Below, one piece after another: positions 16,339 to 23,241 of a stretch of DNA of 30,018 nucleotides. The notes below the pieces were generated by a model. That model made no database searches and had not been told where the DNA came from. It saw only the letters and a program-made list of their open reading frames with translations. The DNA is taken from assembly GCA_027057185.1 (NCBI GenBank), contig JALUJE010000106.1:1-30018 (forward strand), written 5' to 3'. A program made the position numbers and the translations under genes. This DNA is from Helicobacteraceae bacterium (GTDB lineage: Bacteria; Campylobacterota; Campylobacteria; Campylobacterales; Sulfurimonadaceae). Each line of letters begins with the position of its first letter. Position 1 is the first letter of the stretch.

Positions 16339-17229
16339 TTACAAACCGGTATCGCAGGCTTGAAACGAACCGCTTGTGAACCCGCGATTAAACCATGCCA
16401 TCCGTTGGGCAGCACTGCCATGAGTAAAGGTATCGGGTGCGACATATCCCTGTGCCTTTTTTTGCAGGGTGTCATCTCCAATAGCACTGGCGGCAGTGAG
16501 TGCTTCTTCAATATCGCCCGGTTCCAAAATACTACCTTTTGCATTGATGTAGTGTGCCCAGATCCCAGCGTAACAGTCGGCTTGAAGTTCCACTTTGACC
16601 TGTACGGCATTGGCCTGTGAACTGCTACGTGCCATCTGCTTTTCCTGATGGGATTTATTGAGTGTACCGACCAGATTTTGCACATGATGTCCAATCTCAT
16701 GCGCAATGACATAGGCCTGAGCAAAATCGCCCGGAGCACCGTGTCGACGGCTGAGTTCGTCAAAAAATCCTAAATCGAGATAGACTTTTTGGTCAACCGG
16801 ACAGTAAAACGGCCCTACCTGAGCATCGGCATAACCACACGCACACTGGACACTCTGGCGGAACAGTACTAGTTTGGGCTCACGGTAGGTTGTTCCAGCA
16901 GCGGCAAACTGTGTATGCCAGACGTCTTCGGTCTGTGCGAGCACCGCTGAGACAAATGCCGCGCTCTTATTGTCTTTTGCGGTAGTCTCAACAGCGTTAC
17001 TCTGAGGCACTGTAGCGGGAGTATTAAGCAGCGCCAAGGGGTTAAACCCCATAAAATAGGCTACAACACCGACAACAAGTACAATGCGTCCAATTTTAGT
17101 ACCAATGAGCATCTTGGCAAGCGGAAAGAGCAACCGCATCGCACCACGACCGCCTGAAGCACCGCGAACCGGACCGCGTGAGCGCATATCTTCAATATTG
17201 CCGCTTCGTCGTAAATCATCCCACTTCAT
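16339..17229 (-). CDS. ypfJ: Membrane-anchored neutral zinc metallopeptidase (YpfJ family)
   Basis: MKWDDLRRSGNIEDMR, one TM, GPFYCPVD, GDFAQAYVIAHEIGHHVQ, ELQADCYAG, FTHGSAAQR. Confidence 0.92.
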   Translation of the reverse strand: MKWDDLRRSGNIEDMRSRGPVRGASGGRGAMRLLFPLAKMLIGTKIGRIVLVVGVVAYFMGFNPLALLNTPATVPQSNAVETTAKDNKSAAFVSAVLAQTEDVWHTQFAAAGTTYREPKLVLFRQSVQCACGYADAQVGPFYCPVDQKVYLDLGFFDELSRRHGAPGDFAQAYVIAHEIGHHVQNLVGTLNKSHQEKQMARSSSQANAVQVKVELQADCYAGIWAHYINAKGSILEPGDIEEALTAASAIGDDTLQKKAQGYVAPDTFTHGSAAQRMAWFNRGFTSGSFQACDTGL

Positions 17230-18190
17230 GAAACTCCTTTGTGATATTTGGTAGGGTAATTTTTTCTAATAGTGTAGCAAGTTTTTCAGTTTTTTGATAC
17301 TTTTTGGCACTGCGAATCAGATATTTTAGTGTGAGGGACAGATCTTTCAGGTAATCACGTTTACCGTCACGCAGGTAGAGACGGCAAAAGATACCTAGCA
17401 CTTTTATGTGGCGTTGCATGCTTGTAAAGTCACACCAGCGCAAGAACGTGGCATCATCTGCCGAGATTTTTGCCATGTCGCGAAATGTTAGTGCCAGTGT
17501 ATCAATCTCTTGAGGGTTAAACGCAATATAGCAATCTTTTAACAATGAGATGAGGTCGTATGTGAGTGCACCGTTCATAGCATCTTGATAGTCAATGACC
17601 CCGATAGTACCCGAGGGTGGCATCATAATATTTCGGGAGTGAAAATCCCGGTGGACAAACAGACCCTGAGGTTGTGCGAGCACCTCAGTTGCAATGTCGT
17701 GGAGACTTTGTTCGAGCATTGTGCTCTGGAATGTGTTAAGATGCAGATGGAGATAACGGTGCAAGAACCACTCCGGCATGAGCTGCATTTCATGGAGTAA
17801 AAAGGAGCGATCATACAGGGGAAGATCTGTGACATCGACATGCTGCATGGTGACAATCTCCTGCATGGCTCGGGTGTAAAGGGCGTGATAGTTGTCTGCA
17901 TTTAGAATATTGAGATAGTGTGAGGAACCGAAATCTTCAAGAATTAAAAATCCCGCTTCCAGATTAGCATCGAAAATCTTGGGTGCATGAACTCCCGCGT
18001 TCAAGAGACGTGCCGTAATCTCCACAAAAGGTTTTAGTGAGGCTTTTTCCAAAGATGCATCCATAAGAATTACGCTCTGGTTTTGGTGTGTGAGTCGAAA
18101 GTAACGTCGAAAACTGGCATCGGCAGAGGCAACGTCACATTGCCAGGTGCGCCATGGCGTAGTAGCGAGATACGTTTCAATCGTGTGCAT
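17216..18190 (-). CDS. amgK: Anomeric MurNAc/GlcNAc kinase (aminoglycoside phosphotransferase fold)
   Basis: ASADASFRRYFR, LEDFG, HRDFHSRNIM, IDYQDA, YDLISLLKDCY, QRHIKVLGIFCRL..RDGK. Confidence 0.9.
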   Translation of the reverse strand: MHTIETYLATTPWRTWQCDVASADASFRRYFRLTHQNQSVILMDASLEKASLKPFVEITARLLNAGVHAPKIFDANLEAGFLILEDFGSSHYLNILNADNYHALYTRAMQEIVTMQHVDVTDLPLYDRSFLLHEMQLMPEWFLHRYLHLHLNTFQSTMLEQSLHDIATEVLAQPQGLFVHRDFHSRNIMMPPSGTIGVIDYQDAMNGALTYDLISLLKDCYIAFNPQEIDTLALTFRDMAKISADDATFLRWCDFTSMQRHIKVLGIFCRLYLRDGKRDYLKDLSLTLKYLIRSAKKYQKTEKLATLLEKITLPNITKEFHEVG

Positions 18191-19265
18191 ATATTCCTCC
18201 TAAAACGGTATCCCGCGTTGCCCCGGTAACACTGTGCAGAGCAACACTTTCTCGATGATGTCGTTTGTATGCGAGCCATGCAAATGCCATGGCCTCCATA
18301 AAACTGCTATCAATGCCGTAACGATCGGTACGGCAGACGGATATGTCTGCTAACAAGGAGCGAAGCTGTTTCAATAGATAGCTGTTTTTTTCATTGCTGC
18401 CACAGACAAGAAGTTGTGTTACCGGAAATTTTTTCACGTTATCGGCAATACTGAGTGCTGTGAGTTTGAGCAATGTTGCCTGCACATCGGCAGGTGTTAC
18501 ATGTAAATTGGACAATTTCTTGGTAAGCCAAACCTCGTTAAACCGTTCTCTACCAGTACTTTTGGGAGCATCAAGCAGAAAGTAAGGTTCTTGAAGCAGT
18601 CGTTGCAACAGTACCGGATGCACCTTGCCACTTTGTGCCCAGGTGCCTTCGTGATCGTATGCGACTTTCTGGTGGCGCTGAATCCATAGATCAAGCAGTA
18701 CATTGCCCGGTCCGGTATCATATCCCAGCAGTGGTTCGCCTATAATGGTAATATTTGCCATGCCGCCAATATTGACAACAGCATTGACTCCTGGTAATCG
18801 AGCGAAAAGAAACTGGTGAAATGCCGGAGCAAAAGGGGCACCTTGCCCACCAAGAGCAATATCTTTACTGCGAAAGTCGCTGATGACATCAATACCGGTC
18901 AGGACCGCGACGATAGAGGCATCGCCTAGTTGCATGGAAAAAGGATGGTCTGCATTGGGAGCATGCCAGAGGGTTTGTCCATGCAGACCGATGGCGGCGA
19001 TCTTGTCGGGAGTGAGGGAGGTTTGTGCCAGCAACGCGTGAACCGCTTGAGCAAACAGATGTCCTAGACGGTGGTGTAGTGATCCAACCTTTGACAAGGC
19101 AGACGGTTCGGAGACGAGATGTAGTACGATACTTCTGAGTGTTTCAGAGAAAGGGTATTCATGTGCCGCGATGAGTGCGCATTGGTCTTGATCCAGCTCG
19201 CACAGCACGACGTCAACACTATCGAGACTGGTACCGGACATGATACCGATGTAGTACTGACTCAT
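18177..19265 (-). CDS. anmK: Anhydro-N-acetylmuramic acid kinase (two conserved Gly motifs altered)
   Basis: GIMSGTSLD, HGQTLWH, DFRSKDIALGGQGAP, NIGGMANIT, DTGPGN, PKSTGRE, EAMAFAWLA. Confidence 0.93.
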   Translation of the reverse strand: MSQYYIGIMSGTSLDSVDVVLCELDQDQCALIAAHEYPFSETLRSIVLHLVSEPSALSKVGSLHHRLGHLFAQAVHALLAQTSLTPDKIAAIGLHGQTLWHAPNADHPFSMQLGDASIVAVLTGIDVISDFRSKDIALGGQGAPFAPAFHQFLFARLPGVNAVVNIGGMANITIIGEPLLGYDTGPGNVLLDLWIQRHQKVAYDHEGTWAQSGKVHPVLLQRLLQEPYFLLDAPKSTGRERFNEVWLTKKLSNLHVTPADVQATLLKLTALSIADNVKKFPVTQLLVCGSNEKNSYLLKQLRSLLADISVCRTDRYGIDSSFMEAMAFAWLAYKRHHRESVALHSVTGATRDTVLGGIYAHD

Positions 19266-19341
19266 GTCCTGCCCCTTCCTCGAAATTTTATAAGGTCGTG
19301 TACATTTAGAATGGAGATGCTCAAACGCCTCTTTGTCTATG

Positions 19342-19347
19342 ATTATA
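19342..19347 (-). promoter_or_regulatory. Candidate internal -10 for anmK-amgK-ypfJ-murU
   Basis: Perfect TATAAT on the minus strand within the 91-bp gap between the symporter stop and the anmK start. Confidence 0.4.
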
Positions 19348-19356
19348 GCGTAGAAT

Positions 19357-20838
19357 TCATCTCTTTTTCAATTGCATAATCCCAAACGATACGGCGGTAC
19401 CTAGGACAATCTGCCACGCGAAGCCGACATCGGCGCCAAAGAGATAGGGTTGTAGTGCCAGGACGGTGATAAAGCCGCCAATGAGCGCATACAACACACT
19501 GCGTTCATTGCCGCGTTGGGTAAAAATAGCGGCACCGTATACGCCCAGAAGTCCTGAATAGGCAAATGCCATGACCCCAAGTGCAAAACTGAGTAGCGGC
19601 AGCTCACTATCGTGATGCACAAGATAACTGAGGATGGCCATAAGAGAGAGGGCTATAGCAAATCCAAGTACGCCCAGACGCGCGGCAGTGACAAAATGCG
19701 CATCATCGACAGGAGAATGTCGGAGTTTTAGCGGCTTGTAGATATCTTCTATGGCAACGGATGCCATAGCTCCGAGTACCGAGTTGGTACTTGAAAGTGC
19801 TGCCGCAACCGCCCCGACCGTGACGAGACCTTTAAGTCCTTCGGGCATCTCATTCAAAATATAGTACATAAAAATGGTAACCGGTTCTCCTTGGAACTGT
19901 TGTGCAATCTCATGATGTCGGTAGAAGAGGTACAGTAGCAGTCCAATGGCTAAAAAGAGTAGTACGACGGGAATGGTAAAGAGAATGGAGTAGTAGAGTG
20001 AGCGTTGCCCCGAGAGCGTGTCTTTGCAGCTCAGTACCCGCTGTGTCATATCTTGATCCAGCCCATAGGCGGCAATATTGAGCAGTAGCCATCCTGTAAG
20101 TAGTCCAAAAATATTAAATTTTCCTTCCGATGAAAAACTGAGATTCCAGTCAATCAGACGGAGCTTATCATCTGCTTGCAGGGTTGCTATGATTGTGCTC
20201 AGATCACTATCGAGCGTTGTGTAAAGATAGACCAAGACGGCAATACCAGCACCGATATAAGTAATGGCTTGAATGATATCACTAAAAATAACCGACTTCA
20301 CTCCACCAACATAGGTGTAGGATAGTGCGCCAATCATGAGGAGTGCTATTGCATAGCTAACATGTAAAAAGGCAATGTCGTTAAAGAGAATCATGGAGAC
20401 TGCCAGCGCACCAATATAGAGTCGTGCCCCGCTTGCAAAGAGCCTGCCCAGCAAGAACATGATACCTGCATAGCGTTTGGCTCGTTTACCGTAACGACGC
20501 TCCAGCAGTTCATAGACAGTGACGGCATTAATGGCGTAAAAACGGGGAATCAGGATTTTAGCAACCACTAGTATTGCTAAGAGTGCTGAGAGGTAAAACC
20601 CTAAAAACGTAAGGTCGTGGCGGTAGGAGTACTCCGGACCGCCTAAAAACGTTGCTGCAGATTGAGAGGTTGCCAGCACCGAGATTGCAACAGCCAACAT
20701 CGGCATTCGATTGGAACCGACGAAGTAGTCGCGAGAGGTGTGAATTTTAGCTTGTGAGAGCAGTAAAGAGGTTATGGCAAGCATGAGGAAATAGGCACCA
20801 AACACCAGCCAGTCAAGCGTGGCAAATCCGCTCTGCAT
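19357..20838 (-). CDS. Sodium:solute symporter (SSS family), candidate (anhydro)MurNAc/amino-sugar importer
   Basis: SxDYFVG, AISVLATSQSAATFLGGP, YELLERRYG, YTYVGGVKSVIFSDIIQ, DQDMTQRVL, AAALSS; about 13 TMs. ATG overlaps the nagZ stop. Confidence 0.9.
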   Translation of the reverse strand: MQSGFATLDWLVFGAYFLMLAITSLLLSQAKIHTSRDYFVGSNRMPMLAVAISVLATSQSAATFLGGPEYSYRHDLTFLGFYLSALLAILVVAKILIPRFYAINAVTVYELLERRYGKRAKRYAGIMFLLGRLFASGARLYIGALAVSMILFNDIAFLHVSYAIALLMIGALSYTYVGGVKSVIFSDIIQAITYIGAGIAVLVYLYTTLDSDLSTIIATLQADDKLRLIDWNLSFSSEGKFNIFGLLTGWLLLNIAAYGLDQDMTQRVLSCKDTLSGQRSLYYSILFTIPVVLLFLAIGLLLYLFYRHHEIAQQFQGEPVTIFMYYILNEMPEGLKGLVTVGAVAAALSSTNSVLGAMASVAIEDIYKPLKLRHSPVDDAHFVTAARLGVLGFAIALSLMAILSYLVHHDSELPLLSFALGVMAFAYSGLLGVYGAAIFTQRGNERSVLYALIGGFITVLALQPYLFGADVGFAWQIVLGTAVSFGIMQLKKR

Positions 20839-22556
20839 CAATCTGCTTTTTCTGGAGCCGGTTGTAGCCCTAAGTCACGTACCCCGTGGCGTACCTGTGT
20901 CATAAAGGCATTACCGGGGTCAGCTTTGAGAGTACGATAGTTGCTGTCTTGCTCCAGCCAAAGTGGTGAGGACTCCATACTGCGATACTCATGATGACCG
21001 ATGAGGTATGTAATACCGGGATATTTGTTTTTGAGGTAGCGTACCAACACAATGTTCGCACGTACCTGAGCCGGGGTTAAGTCCTCATGGGTATTGTGTT
21101 CACCGCCAACATTTTCAATGCCGATGCTTGAGTAGTTTAAGCCGATGACATGGCGTGCCATCCAAGTTTCGGGCATGAGCCGGTAGATGGTACCGTCACG
21201 ATCTACTATAAAATGTGCCGAAACATTCAGTTGTCCGGCATTGGCAATATCGCTGCGGTCGTGAAAGAGTGTTTCGCCTTCAAGCCGCTTAAAAGCGTCA
21301 TGAAGATTCATGATGGCAGTCCAGTGCAGCACAATGATTTTTGGCGTTATGGTAATATCACTGACATTGAGGTCATAATGCTGTTGAATGTATTGGCGTG
21401 TCATGGCAATACGGTCGATGCCGAACTTTATAGGGCGGTCAATAATTTTAGGTGAAGCCGTCATGCGCCGTCGCAAAGCATTGATGCGTCGGTAGGATTC
21501 TTGAATGCGTGCCATGGGAATGGCTCCGGCATGTACCAGGGCCACCATGGTCTCCACCAGAGTTTCAATACGGTTGTGGGTGAGCTGATTGCCAAAGAGT
21601 AGTATATCGACCCCGGCATTGACGGCGAGGGTAAGTGTCGTATTGAGATCGTACTGTTTTGAGATGGCTTTCATCTGAAGGTCATCACTGATAATGATAC
21701 CCCGGTAGCGCATCTTATGGCGTAGCAGATCGCTGTTGACCCGATAAGAAAGGGTTGCGGGGTAGGTGGCATCGAGGGTGGCATTGTAAACATGAGCGGT
21801 CATAATCATATCGACCTTGTTCTCATGAATGAGTTGGCGGTAGGGCTCAAGTTCTACAGGATCCCAGCTTTGTGTTACATCGACGAAGCCTTCGTGAGAG
21901 TCTCCTAAAGAGGAGCCATGACCGGGAAAATGTTTGAGTACGCTGATAATACCTTCTTGATCTTGTGCTCTAATGAGCAGCTTGGCATAATGAACTACGG
22001 TATCGGAATCTTTGGCATAGGCACGCTCTAGGGCGACAATCACTTTGTTTTTTGGGTTACGTGCCAAATCAACTACAGGGGCAAAATTACAGTTAATGCC
22101 GTTGGCATGTAATTCCTGAGCGAGGGTGGCATACATATTTTTGGCGTTGGTGTCATTAGCTCCGGCAGCAAGAGCCGCTGCACTGGGAATGGCACGAAAG
22201 CCATACGCAGGTTTCATACGGGCAACGTTTCCGCCCTCCTGATCTATGGCGATGAGTAGCGGGTAAGATGATGCAGTTTGCAGCTGTGTGGTGAGCGTTT
22301 GCAACTGTTGGGGCGATCGAATATTTTTCGTACGGTTGCGGTCATGAAAATCTCTATCAAATAAAACCACTCCGCCAAGACGATATTGTGATAGATAACG
22401 ATAAAGTTCGCTGTTTTCATTGAGGTACTCGCCATCAAAGCCTACCACCAGCATGGAAGAAATCATGGTTTTGAGCTCGTCGTCACTCACCGGCTTGCTC
22501 GTTGCATAAAGCGGTAGCAGCAGGACCAGTATGAGTAGGGTTGCCATTTTGAGCAC
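20838..22556 (-). CDS. nagZ: Exported fusion: GH3 beta-N-acetylglucosaminidase (NagZ) plus C-terminal Amidase_2 N-acetylmuramoyl-L-alanine amidase
   Basis: GH3 motifs DQEGG.VAR, NFAPVVDL, KHFPGHG..GDSH and ISDDLQM. Amidase motifs VLHWTA, SAHFIV, GIENVG, GHHE and KADPG. Signal peptide present. Start reassigned to GTG 22556 (SD AAGGAG). Confidence 0.9.
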   Translation of the reverse strand: MLKMATLLILVLLLPLYATSKPVSDDELKTMISSMLVVGFDGEYLNENSELYRYLSQYRLGGVVLFDRDFHDRNRTKNIRSPQQLQTLTTQLQTASSYPLLIAIDQEGGNVARMKPAYGFRAIPSAAALAAGANDTNAKNMYATLAQELHANGINCNFAPVVDLARNPKNKVIVALERAYAKDSDTVVHYAKLLIRAQDQEGIISVLKHFPGHGSSLGDSHEGFVDVTQSWDPVELEPYRQLIHENKVDMIMTAHVYNATLDATYPATLSYRVNSDLLRHKMRYRGIIISDDLQMKAISKQYDLNTTLTLAVNAGVDILLFGNQLTHNRIETLVETMVALVHAGAIPMARIQESYRRINALRRRMTASPKIIDRPIKFGIDRIAMTRQYIQQHYDLNVSDITITPKIIVLHWTAIMNLHDAFKRLEGETLFHDRSDIANAGQLNVSAHFIVDRDGTIYRLMPETWMARHVIGLNYSSIGIENVGGEHNTHEDLTPAQVRANIVLVRYLKNKYPGITYLIGHHEYRSMESSPLWLEQDSNYRTLKADPGNAFMTQVRHGVRDLGLQPAPEKAD

Positions 22557-22585
22557 CGGAAAACTCCTTATGGTGTTGTCGCGCC

Positions 22586-22591
22586 ATTTTA
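22586..22591 (-). promoter_or_regulatory. Candidate -10 (TAAAAT) for the peptidoglycan-recycling operon
   Basis: Minus strand TAAAAT, 16 bp upstream of the SD, in an AT-rich divergent region. Confidence 0.4.
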
Positions 22592-22623
22592 CAATAAATA
22601 ACATAATAGTAACACTGCTTGAA

Positions 22624-22629
22624 TATAAT
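22624..22629 (+). promoter_or_regulatory. Candidate -10 (TATAAT) for the VOC gene
   Basis: Perfect TATAAT shortly upstream of SD GAGGAG. Confidence 0.45.
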
Positions 22630-22652
22630 TTTAGCATAAAGAGGAGATGACT

Positions 22653-23069
22653 ATGCAGCGATTAACCCCCAATATGGCAGTCAAAGATGTTGCCAAAAGC
22701 AGTGCGTTTTATAGAGATGTTTTAGGCTTTGAGCTGCTGATGGCAGTAGCGGAAGAGAAGAGCGGCTTTGATACGGATCTTGATGGAAGCAAACACTATA
22801 TTTGGGCCATGTTGAAACATGGTGGTGTCGAGGTGATGTTACAAGAAGATACCAGTTTAAAAGAGGATGTAGGTGATTTTTTCAGTACTATTGGTGCATC
22901 GATAACGTTGTATATTAACGTTGAAGACGTGGAAGTGTACTACCATGCCCTGCAAGAGAACGTGGCAATTGTTAAACCTCTTGAGACGACATGGTACGGC
23001 ATGCGCGAGTTTTATATGCGAGACTGTAACGGATATATTTTGGCCTTTGCCACACAAGAAGCGGTATGA
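22653..23069 (+). CDS. VOC / glyoxalase / bleomycin-resistance family protein
   Basis: LTPNMAVKDVAKSSAFYRDVLGF ... LYINVEDV ... TTWYGMREFYMRDCNGYILAF. ATG 22653 fits the SD spacing better than 22647. Confidence 0.92.
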   Translation: MQRLTPNMAVKDVAKSSAFYRDVLGFELLMAVAEEKSGFDTDLDGSKHYIWAMLKHGGVEVMLQEDTSLKEDVGDFFSTIGASITLYINVEDVEVYYHALQENVAIVKPLETTWYGMREFYMRDCNGYILAFATQEAV

Positions 23070-23204
23070 TATTTTGAGATCTCGATGCCCGTCTACTCGT
23101 AAAAAAACGGGACAACGTTGTATCAGTAGTATCAAAGCTTACCAAAAAACATAACTTTAAGTGGCAGGGATGGGGTAATGCACAAACCTTACACAAAATA
23201 ACAC

Positions 23205-23237
23205 TATAATGATCCTTTAAAAATTTATTAAAGGATC
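23205..23237 (+). promoter_or_regulatory. -10 box followed by a perfect 10-bp inverted repeat (candidate operator)
   Basis: TATAAT at 23205-23210, then GATCCTTTAA-N7-TTAAAGGATC at 23211-23237, overlapping the SD. Confidence 0.55.
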
Positions 23238-23241
23238 TTCT

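Noticed and set aside
23162-23182. TGGCAG...TGCA as a sigma54 promoter for the oxidase
   Set aside because: The spacing does not fit -24/-12, and a good TATAAT lies downstream.
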